In this document: positions 38,115 through 47,809 of the stretch, one piece after another | Position numbering within the stretch: the first letter of the stretch is position 1 | Layout: each line of letters opens with the position of its first letter | Assembly (NCBI GenBank): GCA_041586155.1 | Contig: JBFHAT010000002.1 | Span: 53,635 to 117,634, forward strand | Direction: 5' to 3' | DNA: 64,000 bases | DNA from: Acidimicrobiia bacterium | GTDB lineage: Bacteria > Actinomycetota > Acidimicrobiia > Spongiisociales > JAENVV01 | Made by a program: the position numbers and the translations under genes | Notes under the pieces: model-generated | What the model was told of the DNA's origin: nothing | The model's database searches: none | What the model saw: only the letters and a program-made list of their open reading frames with translations

Positions 38115-39001
38115 GCTTCCAGCAGATGGTGGACGAGCTCCGCATCCAGATCGACCAGCCGCTGCACGACCTGACGACGTACAAGAGAGGAGGGCCGGCG
38201 GCGTACTACCTGGAGGCGACAACGGTCGACGACCTCGAGGAGATCGTCCCCGTAGACCTTCCCGTGATCGTGATCGGCAAGGGCTCCAACCTGGTGATCG
38301 CCGACGCCGGTTTCGATGGCCTGGTGATCCGGCTGGCGGGTGATTTCACCCAGATAGCCATGGAGGCCGACGGCATCGTCCGCGCCGGAGGCGCTGTGTC
38401 GCTTCCCGCTTTGGCCCGTACTGCTGCTCGCCACGGTCGAGGCGGTCTGGAATGGATGGTGGGGGTCCCCGGATCGGTGGGTGGTGCAGTCCGGATGAAC
38501 GCAGGATGCTTTGGACATGACACCGCCGGGTCGATGCGCGAGGCAACGATCGTCGACCTCGTCGACGGCCGGATCGAACGAATGACCCCCGATGATTTGC
38601 TCATGACCTACCGGAGCACGGTCGTCCGAGACCACCAGGTCGTGGTGGAGGCAACATTCGACTCCGCGCCGATCGATCCCTCCCAAGCCGAGCTCCGGAT
38701 GAGGGAGATCACGCGCTGGCGGCGTGACCACCAACCGGGCGGAACCTACAACGCCGGATCTGTGTTCAAGAACCCGCCAGGCGATGCGGCGGGGCGGATC
38801 ATCGACGCCGTCGGCCTCAAGGGGTTCACCGTCGGGGGTGCGTCCGTTTCCCGAAAGCATGCCAACTTCTTCGTTGCTGGCCCCGAGGCGACTGCGGCCG
38901 ACATCCACAGCTTGGTCTTTGAGGTGCAGCGCATCGTCGAGGCGAAAACGGGGGTTCGGCTCGAGCCGGAGATCAGGTTCGTGGGGTTCGAGCGTCCATG
39001 A
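38111..39001 (+). CDS. murB: UDP-N-acetylenolpyruvoylglucosamine reductase
   Basis: FAD-binding PCMH domain (IGKGSNL) plus the MurB C-domain. ATGA overlap with murC. Confidence 0.9.
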   Translation: MSFQQMVDELRIQIDQPLHDLTTYKRGGPAAYYLEATTVDDLEEIVPVDLPVIVIGKGSNLVIADAGFDGLVIRLAGDFTQIAMEADGIVRAGGAVSLPALARTAARHGRGGLEWMVGVPGSVGGAVRMNAGCFGHDTAGSMREATIVDLVDGRIERMTPDDLLMTYRSTVVRDHQVVVEATFDSAPIDPSQAELRMREITRWRRDHQPGGTYNAGSVFKNPPGDAAGRIIDAVGLKGFTVGGASVSRKHANFFVAGPEATAADIHSLVFEVQRIVEAKTGVRLEPEIRFVGFERP

Positions 39002-39816
39002 CCAAGATGGATCCTCGCCTGGCCGCCCGTCGCCAAGCGGTACTCGAGGAACGCGCCCGATCGGGGGCTCGCCGGGTCGTTTGGCTGATGGTGCTGGTCG
39101 CCGTTGCAGGCGCGGCGATCTGGGTGCTGCAGAGTCCGTGGTTGTCGGTTCGTGAGATCGTCGTGACCGGAGCCGAGCATGCGAACGTCGATGACGCGTT
39201 GGCTGAAGCGGGAGTCGAACTCGGCCAGCCGCTGGTCCGCAGCCCGGCGGGAGCGGCTCGGCGGGTGTTGCTCGAGGATCCATGGGTCGCCGCCGCAGAG
39301 GTCGATCGTCTGTTTCCCGACGTGGTCGAAGTGCGAATCGTCGAGCACGAGCCGGTGTTGGTGCTTCAGGCAGGCACGACCAGTGTGTTGGTGAGCCAGG
39401 ATGGCCACGCCCTGACGCAGGGTGATCCACCGGAGTATCCGCGGATCGTATTGAACCTCCCGGTCCCGACCAGCGGCGCGCTGATCGACGACGACCGGGT
39501 CGTGGGGGCCGCCGAATTCTTCACTGCACTACCCGCCAATCTGCACCAAGGAGCCGTGATCGAAGAGATCGACGGAGAGCTGTGGCTGTCATTGGAGGCG
39601 GTCAATGTGGACGTGCGGTTGGGGCGGGCAATCGAGATGGCCCAGAAGGCCGCGGCCGTCCAGGCGGTGCTCTCCGACGGCCAGATCGATGGGGTCGTCA
39701 TCAATGTGATCGCCCCCACGCGGCCCACGGTACGGCCGGCAGATGACACGATCGAGCCTCCGCGTTCTGATTCACCCACCACCTCCACCGTCGGCGAACC
39801 TTCGAGTGAAGATTGA
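38998..39816 (+). CDS. ftsQ: Cell division protein FtsQ/DivIB
   Basis: N-terminal TM helix, then POTRA and FtsQ domains. ATGA overlap with murB. Confidence 0.8.
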   Translation: MTKMDPRLAARRQAVLEERARSGARRVVWLMVLVAVAGAAIWVLQSPWLSVREIVVTGAEHANVDDALAEAGVELGQPLVRSPAGAARRVLLEDPWVAAAEVDRLFPDVVEVRIVEHEPVLVLQAGTTSVLVSQDGHALTQGDPPEYPRIVLNLPVPTSGALIDDDRVVGAAEFFTALPANLHQGAVIEEIDGELWLSLEAVNVDVRLGRAIEMAQKAAAVQAVLSDGQIDGVVINVIAPTRPTVRPADDTIEPPRSDSPTTSTVGEPSSED

Positions 39817-39930
39817 AGGTTGCTCTCCGGCAAAGCTGAACCTCTAGATGATGGTGAGAGTTTGGGGTCTTTACGGATCCGGATTTCAATGTAAGGTTCT
39901 ACATAACCCTTACGCTTGGTAGGAGCGAAT
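39817..39930 (+). promoter_or_regulatory. ftsQ-ftsZ intergenic region; candidate ftsZ promoter(s)
   Basis: 114 nt, conspicuously AT-richer than its surroundings (e.g. TTTACGGATCCGGATTTCAATGTAAGGTTCTACATAACCC). Ends with the AGGAGCG RBS before the ftsZ ATG. No confident -10/-35 assignment. Confidence 0.35.
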
Positions 39931-40995
39931 ATGCCCAATACACCGCACAATTACCTGGCGGTCATCAAGGTCATCGGCGTCGGCGGCGGCGGCGTGAACG
40001 CCGTGAACCGCATGATCGAAGCAGGAATCCGCGGCGTCGAGTTCATCGCCATCAACACCGACGCCCAGGCACTACTGATGTCTGACGCAGACGTGAAGCT
40101 GGACATGGGTCGCGAAATCACCCGCGGCCTTGGCGCGGGCGCCAACCCTGAAGTGGGCCGAGCAGCAGCCGAGGCGCATCGCGAAGAGCTCGAAGAGGTC
40201 TTGAAAGGCGCCGACATGGTGTTCGTCACCGCCGGCGAGGGTGGAGGCACCGGCACGGGCGGCGCCCCCGTCGTGGCCGACGTGGCCCGCAATCTCGGTG
40301 CGTTGACCGTCGGCGTCGTCACCCGACCCTTTGGATTCGAGGGCCGGCGCCGGTCGCTCCAAGCCGAACAAGGTATCCAGAATCTGCGCGATGCAGTCGA
40401 CACCCTGATCGTCATTCCCAACAACCGCTTGCTGGAGATCGCCGACGCCAAGACGCCGATGATCGAAGCGTTCCGGATGGCGGATGAGGTCCTGACGAGC
40501 GGTGTTTCGGGAATCACCGACCTCATCACGACGCCCGGGCTCATCAACGTCGATTTCGCCGACGTGAAGACGGTCATGCAGGACGCCGGCACCGCGGTCA
40601 TGGGGATCGGCCAGGCGACCGGCGACGAGCGCGCCCCTCAAGCTGCCGCCAAGGCGATCAGCAGCCCGCTGCTCGAGACGTCCATGGAGGGCGCCCGCGG
40701 TGTCTTGCTCTCGATCGCCGGGCCATCGTCGATGTCTCTCTATGAAGTGAATGAGGCCGCTTCGGTGGTGGCCGAGCACAGCGATGGCGACGCGGAGATC
40801 ATCTTCGGTGCGATCGTCGACGACAAGCTCGGCGAGTCGATGCGGGTCACCGTGATTGCGGCAGGGTTCGACGGTCGCAAGAGCAGCACCCGTGGATTGA
40901 GCTCCGGCACGTTCACCGCCTCAACGCTGGCGGGATCGGGCGGCAGCACCGACAAGGGCGACGAGCTCGAGATACCGAGCTTCGTCCAAGGATGA
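39931..40995 (+). CDS. ftsZ: Cell division GTPase FtsZ
   Basis: Tubulin signature GGGTGTG; T7 loop NxDFAD. ATG at 39931 is preceded by AGGAGCG. Confidence 0.95.
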   Translation: MPNTPHNYLAVIKVIGVGGGGVNAVNRMIEAGIRGVEFIAINTDAQALLMSDADVKLDMGREITRGLGAGANPEVGRAAAEAHREELEEVLKGADMVFVTAGEGGGTGTGGAPVVADVARNLGALTVGVVTRPFGFEGRRRSLQAEQGIQNLRDAVDTLIVIPNNRLLEIADAKTPMIEAFRMADEVLTSGVSGITDLITTPGLINVDFADVKTVMQDAGTAVMGIGQATGDERAPQAAAKAISSPLLETSMEGARGVLLSIAGPSSMSLYEVNEAASVVAEHSDGDAEIIFGAIVDDKLGESMRVTVIAAGFDGRKSSTRGLSSGTFTASTLAGSGGSTDKGDELEIPSFVQG

Positions 40996-41609
40996 TCCGT
41001 CCTCCCCGCGCCAGGGGAGCTGCCTTCACCACCGCCGCCGACGGCGACATGAGACACGGTCCGAGAGCGACCGTGTCTCATGCCTTGGGGATTCCATCCG
41101 AATGGGCAACCGTCCATCAGGTGCATGGCACGTCCATCGTGGAGGTCCAGCGGCCTGGCGATGCAGGGGAGGGAGACGGTCTGGTCACGACAAGGCGAGC
41201 GGTTCCACTGGCGGTCTTCACGGCTGACTGTGTCGGCATGGTGATCGAGGGCGAAGGCGGCGTCGCCGTCGTGCATGCGGGCTGGAGAGGGATGGCGGGA
41301 GGCATCGCGTCTCGCGCCGTCGAACGGATGACCGAGGCCGCCATGGCACCCGCCCGAGCGTTCGTCGGCCCGATGATCGGCTCGTGCTGCTTCGAGGTGG
41401 GACCAGAGGTGATGTCGCAGTTCGATCCCTCAACCCATCGCTCCACGACCTGGGGCACAACGTCCGTCGACCTCGCCGAGGCGGCACGGCATCAGCTCGC
41501 CGGACTGGACGTGTGGCGTGCCGAGACCTGCACCCGGTGCGGCGACGACGCCTACTCCCACAGACGGGACGGCACGAGCCGGCGGATGGCGACCATCGCA
41601 TGGCTCTGA
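40992..41609 (+). CDS. pgeF: Peptidoglycan editing factor PgeF (YfiH/DUF152 laccase-domain protein)
   Basis: DUF152 His/Cys motifs (HAGWRG; CTRCGDD). ATGA overlap with ftsZ. Confidence 0.8.
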   Translation: MIRPPRARGAAFTTAADGDMRHGPRATVSHALGIPSEWATVHQVHGTSIVEVQRPGDAGEGDGLVTTRRAVPLAVFTADCVGMVIEGEGGVAVVHAGWRGMAGGIASRAVERMTEAAMAPARAFVGPMIGSCCFEVGPEVMSQFDPSTHRSTTWGTTSVDLAEAARHQLAGLDVWRAETCTRCGDDAYSHRRDGTSRRMATIAWL

Positions 41610-42262
41610 CGGTCCCTGAGCGCCTCGCCGACGTGAGGCGACGAGTCGCCCGCGCCGCCGAAGCGGCGGGCCGTGAGCCCTCGTCGGTCGACGTGGTGGC
41701 GGTCTCGAAGGGCCAGCCGCTGGACCGCATCGTAGCGGCGTACCGACACGGCCATCGCACCTTCGGCGAGAGCCGCGCCCAGGAGCTGCAGGTGAAGGCA
41801 GCCGAGCTGCCCGATGACATCGTGTGGCATTTCGTCGGCCCCCTACAACGGAACAAGGTGCGGGTGGTGCAGCCGCTCGTGCGTCTGCTTCACAGCCTCG
41901 ATCGTGACAAGCTGGCCACGGCATGGGGAGCGGGGCCACCCGCCCTCATTCAGGTTCGTCTGGGGGGAGAGCCGACCAAACACGGCTACGAGCCTTCTGA
42001 AGTGGCGGCGGCGCTGGCCCACGCGGCGGCGGCCGGTGTCATGGTGGCGGGCCTCATGACGATCCCTCCGCCGGCGTCCAAACCCGCCGACGCCCGCCCC
42101 TGGTTCGCCCAGCTGCGATCCCTCGCCGAGTCGCTGTCGGCCGAGCACGAATTGACACATCTCTCTATGGGCATGTCCGACGACTTCGAGGACGCCATCG
42201 CCGAGGGCGCGACGATGGTACGCGTCGGTTCGGCTATCTTTGGGCCGAGAACCGAGCAGTAG
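41600..42262 (+). CDS. yggS: YggS-family PLP homeostasis protein
   Basis: PLP-binding VSKGQP; alanine-racemase-N-like TIM barrel. 10-nt overlap with pgeF. Confidence 0.85.
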   Translation: MALTVPERLADVRRRVARAAEAAGREPSSVDVVAVSKGQPLDRIVAAYRHGHRTFGESRAQELQVKAAELPDDIVWHFVGPLQRNKVRVVQPLVRLLHSLDRDKLATAWGAGPPALIQVRLGGEPTKHGYEPSEVAAALAHAAAAGVMVAGLMTIPPPASKPADARPWFAQLRSLAESLSAEHELTHLSMGMSDDFEDAIAEGATMVRVGSAIFGPRTEQ

Positions 42263-42273
42263 CGGAGGCGATC

Positions 42274-42822
42274 TTGGCGTCGCTATGGCAGAAATCGATG
42301 ATGTACCTCGGGCTGGTCGACGAGGAGACGCTCGACGACGTCGCTCCCGAGCAGCCGCGGCACGCTGCCCAGCCTCGCCGCCAAGTCGTGGAAGACACGG
42401 GCCCGATCGGCACGACGCAGATTCGTGGCCGGCGAGTCGAGCCACCTGCCAACATGCGGCGGCTCCAGGATCAGCAGTTTGGGGCCACTTCAGGAGCGTC
42501 GTCGGGAGCGGTCCGACCCGTGCCGGCGACAGACGCCCAATGTGACATCGTCGACGTCCTCGACTTCGACCATGCCAAGCTGCTCGCCGACCGAATCCGC
42601 GACCGCACCCCCGTCCTCCTCAATCTTCGCGAGACGGAACCCGACCTCGTTCGGAGGATCGTCGATTTCGCCACCGGTCTCACCTACGCGCTCGACGGAT
42701 CGATGCGCAAGGTCGCCAATGGAGTCGTGCTGGTACTTCCGCCCCGAGTGAGCCTCGGACGGGAAGAGAAACGTCGCCTGGCGAACCTCGGCATGTACGA
42801 CCTCGACGACAACGGTCGCTGA
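42274..42822 (+). CDS. sepF: Cell division protein SepF
   Basis: N-terminal MxxxxKxMMYLGL amphipathic segment; C-terminal SepF domain. TTG start is preceded by GGAGG. Confidence 0.85.
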   Translation: MASLWQKSMMYLGLVDEETLDDVAPEQPRHAAQPRRQVVEDTGPIGTTQIRGRRVEPPANMRRLQDQQFGATSGASSGAVRPVPATDAQCDIVDVLDFDHAKLLADRIRDRTPVLLNLRETEPDLVRRIVDFATGLTYALDGSMRKVANGVVLVLPPRVSLGREEKRRLANLGMYDLDDNGR

Positions 42823-42827
42823 GCTCG

Positions 42828-43085
42828 ATGCTGCAGACGGCCGTCTGCTATCTCCTCCAGCTGTACATCCTGCTGGTCGTGGCGGCGATCGTGCTGTCGT
42901 GGTTCCGGGTCCCGCACGATCATCCGGTCTATCGCGTCGAGCGCGGGCTCCGTAAACTGGTCGACCCACTGCTGGTACCGATCCGGAAGGTCGTCCCTCC
43001 ACTACGCACCGGGTCGTTCGCGATCGACCTCAGCGCCATCATCCTCATCATCGGCCTCCAGATCATCTTCGCCGTGGTCTGCTGA
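42828..43085 (+). CDS. YggT-family membrane protein (SepG-like)
   Basis: 85 aa, 2 TM helices, YGGT motif region. Its position between sepF and divIVA matches the usual actinobacterial order. Confidence 0.75.
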   Translation: MLQTAVCYLLQLYILLVVAAIVLSWFRVPHDHPVYRVERGLRKLVDPLLVPIRKVVPPLRTGSFAIDLSAIILIIGLQIIFAVVC

Positions 43086-43223
43086 CGCCGGAGAGTGAGC
43101 CGAGCGCACCTACACCCGAACGAGTGCGGGGTCGTCGACCCAGGCGCCGAGGTGAGCCGGACCCGCCGAGATGCGCGGTGACTATGCTGCCAGCAGGGTC
43201 CTGCACAGTGGGTCCATCGCGGC

Positions 43224-43265
43224 GCGAAGGACATGACGCGAAGGACATGACGCGAAGGACATGAA
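43224..43265 (+). repeat. Three tandem copies of a 14-bp unit (GCGAAGGACATGAC) just upstream of divIVA
   Basis: Read directly: GCGAAGGACATGAC GCGAAGGACATGAC GCGAAGGACATGAA. The third copy ends 16 nt before the divIVA ATG. Each unit contains AAGGA followed by ATG. Confidence 0.8.
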
Positions 43266-43280
43266 GGGACAGTCACATAC

Positions 43281-43970
43281 ATGTCGCTCACACCCATCGA
43301 TGTTCAACAGAAGACCTTCCGGCAGGCGTTCAAAGGGTATGACGGCGCCGAGGTGGACGAGTTCCTCGACGAAGTCGTGGTGGCGCTCCACCAGTACGAG
43401 CAGACCGCCCGTGACGCCGAAGACCGAATCGCCGTCCTCGAGGAGCAGCTACGAACCCGGCGCGACTCGGACGACTCGATCAAACGAGCATTCGTCTCCG
43501 CTCAACGAGCCGCTGATGAGCTGGTCACCGAAGCCAAGAGTGAGGCCGACGCGCTTCTCGCCAGGGCTCGCGAGGAGGCGTCCTCGCTCACCGAGGAACA
43601 GGCTTCGGAGAAGGCGAGATTGCTCGCCGAACTCGATGCGCTGCGGGACACGGCTCATGAGCTGAAGGCCAGGTTCGCCGCATTCAGCCAGGACGCAACG
43701 GCCAGACTCGAGCCGATCATGGCTGAGCAGGAGGAGGCGATGGACCGTTTCGCCGGCTTGGGCGAGACCTCGCCCGCCGACGACGAGCACGTCGACGCGC
43801 AGGAAACGGTTGCTGCCGCAGCGGGCAACGGACCGGAGTCGTTGACGCCGTGGAGTGATGACACCGCAGAGATTCGAAGCGTCGGAGCGGAGGCGATCGA
43901 AGACGCCTCGGAATACTCGACCGACGAGGTTCCCACCCTCCGTCGACCGTGGGAACGGGGCGCCGACTAG
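43281..43970 (+). CDS. divIVA: DivIVA-family cell division/polar growth protein
   Basis: N-terminal LTPIDVQQKTFRQAFKGYDGAEVDEFLDEV, the canonical DivIVA lipid-binding domain, followed by coiled coil. Confidence 0.9.
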   Translation: MSLTPIDVQQKTFRQAFKGYDGAEVDEFLDEVVVALHQYEQTARDAEDRIAVLEEQLRTRRDSDDSIKRAFVSAQRAADELVTEAKSEADALLARAREEASSLTEEQASEKARLLAELDALRDTAHELKARFAAFSQDATARLEPIMAEQEEAMDRFAGLGETSPADDEHVDAQETVAAAAGNGPESLTPWSDDTAEIRSVGAEAIEDASEYSTDEVPTLRRPWERGAD

Positions 43971-46900
43971 CCGGATTCGGAGGGGTCGACCGGTAGGCGC
44001 TCGACCCGGATTCCCCGCGCAGGCTCGGCAATGGAACCCGACGGAAGCTGCTCATCGCGAACGATCTCGGCGGCGAGTACCTCCCGTGCGATCAGAGCAG
44101 CATGCGTGCCGAAGACTGCGACGACTTCGTCATCGCCATTCCAGGAGAGCCGCACACGGTCACTCACGGAGAGGCGTGCATCCCGTCGTAACTTCTGGAT
44201 CTCGGCGATGAGATCGCGAGCGTGTCCTTCGCGGATGAGCGCCTCGTCGAGCGTCGTGTCGAGCGTGACCGACAGATTCTCGTCGGCTGCCGCAGCCAGG
44301 CCGGCGCGGGGAGTGCGAACGATGGTCACGTCGTCGGATCCGATCGAATGACCCTCGATCTCGATCTCCCCTCCGCTCAGAAGCACCCGCACCTCCGACT
44401 GACTCAATCCTTGCAGCGCTTCGGCGATCGCGGGCATCGCCGGACCCAGCTTGGGGCCGAGCTTGCGGAAATCCGGCTTGGCGGAGAGCGTGACGAGTGA
44501 GGTGTCGTCGGGTCGCCACTCCACTTCGCGGATGTTGAGCTCATCGGTGATGACATCGAGGTGCGACTCGACGGCGCGCCGAACGGCGTCGTCGGTGGCG
44601 AGGACCGTCAACGACGCCAGCGGTTGGCGAACGCGGAGGCTCTCCCGCTTCCGCAGGTTGTGACCCAGGCTGACCACCCTGCGCACGATCGCCATCTGCT
44701 CCTCGAGGTGCTCGTCGATGACCGCCGCATCGGCCTCGGGGAAGTCGCAATGATGGACGGATTCGGGGGAGTTGGGCACTCCCACATCCACAATGAGTGA
44801 CTGATAGATCGTCTCGGTGACAAACGGAAGGACCGGGGCGAGCACCTTGACGAACGTCACCAGCACCTCGTACAACGTGGCAAACGCCGCGATCTTGTCG
44901 GTGTCGTCGCCTGATCGTGATCTCCAAAAGCGCCGACGCGACCTGCGGATGTACCAGTTGGTCAGGTCGTCGATGAAGCCGAGCATCGGGCCGACCACGT
45001 TGTAGAGGTAGTAACCCTCCATCTCGCGGTTGACGTCGGCGATCAGCGACTGCAGCACAGAAAGCACCCAGCGATCGAGCTCCGGCCGGTCGGCCGCCAG
45101 GGGAGCGGCGTCGAGGTCGGCTTTGGTGATGCCATCGGCCTCGGCGTAGGTCGTGAAGAAGGAGTACGCGTTCCACAGAGGGATGAGCACGGTTCTGACC
45201 ACCTCGTGCACTCCCGATTCGGAGAAACGAAGCGGTTCGGCGCGAAGTGCCGGGCTGTTGATCAGGTAGGCGCGCAGCGGGTCGGCACCGAACGTATCGA
45301 GGATGTGGCGGGGATCCGGATAGTTCTTGAGGCTCTTCGACATCTTGAGCCCGTCCTCGGCGAGCAACATCCCGTTCACCACGCAGTTCTCGAACGGTGG
45401 TTCGTCGAAGAGCGCGGTGGCCAGCACCACCAGCGTGTAGAACCACCCGCGCGTCTGGTCCAGCCCTTCTGCGATGAAATCCGCCGGGAATCCTCGATCG
45501 AAGGTGTCGGCGTTCTCGAAGGGATAGTGCTTCTGTGCATAGGGCATGGAGCCGCTCTCGAACCAGCAATCCAGCACCTCGGGAACCCGGCGCATCATCC
45601 CATCGCACGACGTGCACGGGAAGGCCACCGGATCGACGTGATGCTTGTGGAGATCGGTGAGCCGCTCCCCCGATCGCTCCTCGAGTTCGTCGATCGAGCC
45701 GATGCAGACTTGTTCGTCGCACCCATCGCATTCCCATACCGGAATGCAGCTCCCCCAGTACCGATTCCTCGAGATGGCCCAGTCGCGAGCGTTTTCGAGC
45801 CAGTTGCCGAATCGTTTCTCACCGACGTAGTCCGGCACCCAGTGGATCGCCTTGTTGTGGCGCACCATTCGATCGCGGAACGACTCGACCCGGACGAACC
45901 AGGTGGGGATTGCCTTGTAGATAAGCGGCGTTCCCGTACGCCAGCAAAAGGGGTAGCTGTGGCGGATCTGCTCGTGCCGAAGCACCAGGTCACGCTCCTT
46001 CAGAAGCCGGATGAGCGTCCTGTCGGCGTCCTTGACGTACATCCCGGCGACGTCTTCGACGGCGTCGGTGAAGCGTGCCTCCTCGTCGATCGGGTCCACC
46101 AGCACGTCGAGACCGGCGCTTTGCAGCGCCACGAAGTCGGCTTCGCCGTAAGCGGGCGCCATGTGGACCAAACCGGTGCCTTCCTCGGTGTTGACATCGG
46201 TCGAAACGATCACCCGGAACGCTCCCCGATCTCGTTCCTCGGCGAAATACTCGAACGGGGGTCGGTAGGAGGTGCCGAGCAGATCGGCGCCGCTTGCCCG
46301 CGCCACGGGTGCGGGTTCGTCGTCGAAAAGGTCGGCCGACCGGCTCTCGGCGACCCAGTACCGCTCACCGCCCCGCTCGATCGCCACGTATGCGATCTCT
46401 TCGCCGACTGCGATCGCAAGATTGGCGGGCAGCGTCCAGGGTGTGGTGGTCCACGTCGTCAACCAATCCCCCGCTTCTGCCGGACCGGTGCCTTCCACCA
46501 CCTGGAGCCGAATCGTGAGCGACGGATCGTCCACGTCCCGATAGTCGAGGTTGGCCTCGAAGTTCGACAGCGGAGTGGTCGCCCCCCACGAATACGGCAA
46601 CACCTTGAAATCCTGGTAGATGAGGTCTTTGTCCCAGAGCTGCCGGAACACCCACCACACCGTTTCCATGAAGTCGGGATCGAGCGTCTTGTAGTCGTTC
46701 TCGAAGTCCACCCAGCGACCGATGCGGGCAGTGATGTCCTCCCAGTCCTCGGTGCTGGTTTGCACCGCCGCACGGCACGCTTCGTTGTAGCGGTCGACGC
46801 CATACTCCTGGATCTGTCGCGGTCCACTGATACCGAGGTCCTTCTCCACCTCCATCTCGACGGGAAGACCGTGAGTGTCCCAACCGAATCGTCGCTCGAC

Positions 46901-47152
46901 CCGATAACCCCGCATGGTCCAGTAACGGGGCACGATGTCCTTGATGATGCCGGCCAGCACGTGGCCGTAGTGTGGCGAGCCCGTGGCGAAGGGAGGTCCG
47001 TCGTAGAAGCTGTACTCTCGCTCGGCGGGCCGGAGCTCGATGGACGTTCGGAACGCGTCGATGCGGTCCCACAGCTCGAGGACCGCCTCCTCTTGGGCAG
47101 GAAAGTCGACGGACGGCTCGACCCGTCGAAAGCTCGACGCTGCTTGTGGCAT
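43967..47152 (-). CDS. ileS: Isoleucyl-tRNA synthetase
   Basis: 1061 aa. HYGH and KMSKS motifs (KMSKSLKNY); editing domain. ATG at 47152 is preceded by AGGAGGAAC. The ORF-track start 47515 is an upstream junk extension. Confidence 0.9.
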   Translation of the reverse strand: MPQAASSFRRVEPSVDFPAQEEAVLELWDRIDAFRTSIELRPAEREYSFYDGPPFATGSPHYGHVLAGIIKDIVPRYWTMRGYRVERRFGWDTHGLPVEMEVEKDLGISGPRQIQEYGVDRYNEACRAAVQTSTEDWEDITARIGRWVDFENDYKTLDPDFMETVWWVFRQLWDKDLIYQDFKVLPYSWGATTPLSNFEANLDYRDVDDPSLTIRLQVVEGTGPAEAGDWLTTWTTTPWTLPANLAIAVGEEIAYVAIERGGERYWVAESRSADLFDDEPAPVARASGADLLGTSYRPPFEYFAEERDRGAFRVIVSTDVNTEEGTGLVHMAPAYGEADFVALQSAGLDVLVDPIDEEARFTDAVEDVAGMYVKDADRTLIRLLKERDLVLRHEQIRHSYPFCWRTGTPLIYKAIPTWFVRVESFRDRMVRHNKAIHWVPDYVGEKRFGNWLENARDWAISRNRYWGSCIPVWECDGCDEQVCIGSIDELEERSGERLTDLHKHHVDPVAFPCTSCDGMMRRVPEVLDCWFESGSMPYAQKHYPFENADTFDRGFPADFIAEGLDQTRGWFYTLVVLATALFDEPPFENCVVNGMLLAEDGLKMSKSLKNYPDPRHILDTFGADPLRAYLINSPALRAEPLRFSESGVHEVVRTVLIPLWNAYSFFTTYAEADGITKADLDAAPLAADRPELDRWVLSVLQSLIADVNREMEGYYLYNVVGPMLGFIDDLTNWYIRRSRRRFWRSRSGDDTDKIAAFATLYEVLVTFVKVLAPVLPFVTETIYQSLIVDVGVPNSPESVHHCDFPEADAAVIDEHLEEQMAIVRRVVSLGHNLRKRESLRVRQPLASLTVLATDDAVRRAVESHLDVITDELNIREVEWRPDDTSLVTLSAKPDFRKLGPKLGPAMPAIAEALQGLSQSEVRVLLSGGEIEIEGHSIGSDDVTIVRTPRAGLAAAADENLSVTLDTTLDEALIREGHARDLIAEIQKLRRDARLSVSDRVRLSWNGDDEVVAVFGTHAALIAREVLAAEIVRDEQLPSGSIAEPARGIRVERLPVDPSESG

Positions 47153-47299
47153 GTTCCTCCTGATCGGGCAGGAATAGTAACGCCGCCTTCGCGGTCGCCA
47201 TTTCGCCGCCGGTTCGCATGCTGGCGTTCGACCGGATGCGGGGCGACGGCGCGAGCCGATCTCCGGGCCGACGTGTGCCTGAGTACCATCGGGCGCCCC
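47153..47299 (-). promoter_or_regulatory. ileS 5' leader shared with the divergent lspA promoter region; weak candidate T-box-like leader
   Basis: 147-nt intergenic region. The minus-strand leader contains AUC (Ile codon) in CGGAGAUCGG, the element AAAUGGCGACCGCG with partial similarity to the T-box consensus (AGGGUGGNACCGCG), and the SD AGGAGG right before the ATG. Confidence 0.2.
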
Positions 47300-47809
47300 A
47301 TGCAGGACGACCTGACAGAACGAGCGGCTCCGTCCCGAAACGTCGGCCGCGCCCATCGGATCTTCGTGATCATCGTCGCCGCCGTTGTTGGTCTCGACCA
47401 AGTGACGAAGGTGTGGGCGGCGCGGCGACTGCCGGGTGATCCCATCCGCCTCCTCGGCTCCTGGCTCGAATTGGAGTACGCCGAGAACACGGGAGCTGCG
47501 TTTTCGATGCTGCAAGGGAGAGGGGCGTTCCTGGGCGTCGCCGCCGTCGCCGCGGTGATGATCATCGCCGCGGCGGTCACGCGGCTCGATCGCACGAGTG
47601 AGGTGGTCGCCGTGTCGCTCATCGCGGGCGGTGCGATCGGGAACCTCCTCGATCGGATGACACGTGGTGAGGGGTTCCTCGATGGGTTCGTCGTCGATTT
47701 CGTTCGCCTTTGGTGGATCCCGAATTTCAATGTTGCCGACAGCGCCATCACCATCGGGGCGGCGACGATGGTCGCGCTGGCCCTGTTTGTGCCACAGGAA
47801 CGCACGTGA
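47300..47809 (+). CDS. lspA: Lipoprotein signal peptidase II
   Basis: 169 aa, 4 TM helices, LspA motifs (NTGAAFS; FNVADSAIT). It is the in-frame C-terminus of track ORF 45206..47809. Confidence 0.8.
   Translation: MQDDLTERAAPSRNVGRAHRIFVIIVAAVVGLDQVTKVWAARRLPGDPIRLLGSWLELEYAENTGAAFSMLQGRGAFLGVAAVAAVMIIAAAVTRLDRTSEVVAVSLIAGGAIGNLLDRMTRGEGFLDGFVVDFVRLWWIPNFNVADSAITIGAATMVALALFVPQERT

Noticed and set aside
43261-43665. 134-aa plus-strand ORF starting in the third tandem repeat and overlapping divIVA out of frame
   Set aside because: Out-of-frame overlap of a gene with a canonical DivIVA N-terminus. The translation is low-complexity Arg/Ser/Pro.
47153-47299. Calling a definite T-box riboswitch feature
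   Set aside because: The core motif match is partial. It is UGGC rather than UGGU, which is mismatched to the expected discriminator of tRNA-Ile, and I cannot fold or score it. Kept only as a low-confidence hypothesis.
45206-47809. 867-aa plus-strand ORF
   Set aside because: Almost all of it is antisense to ileS. Only the last 169 codons (47300-47809) encode the real LspA.
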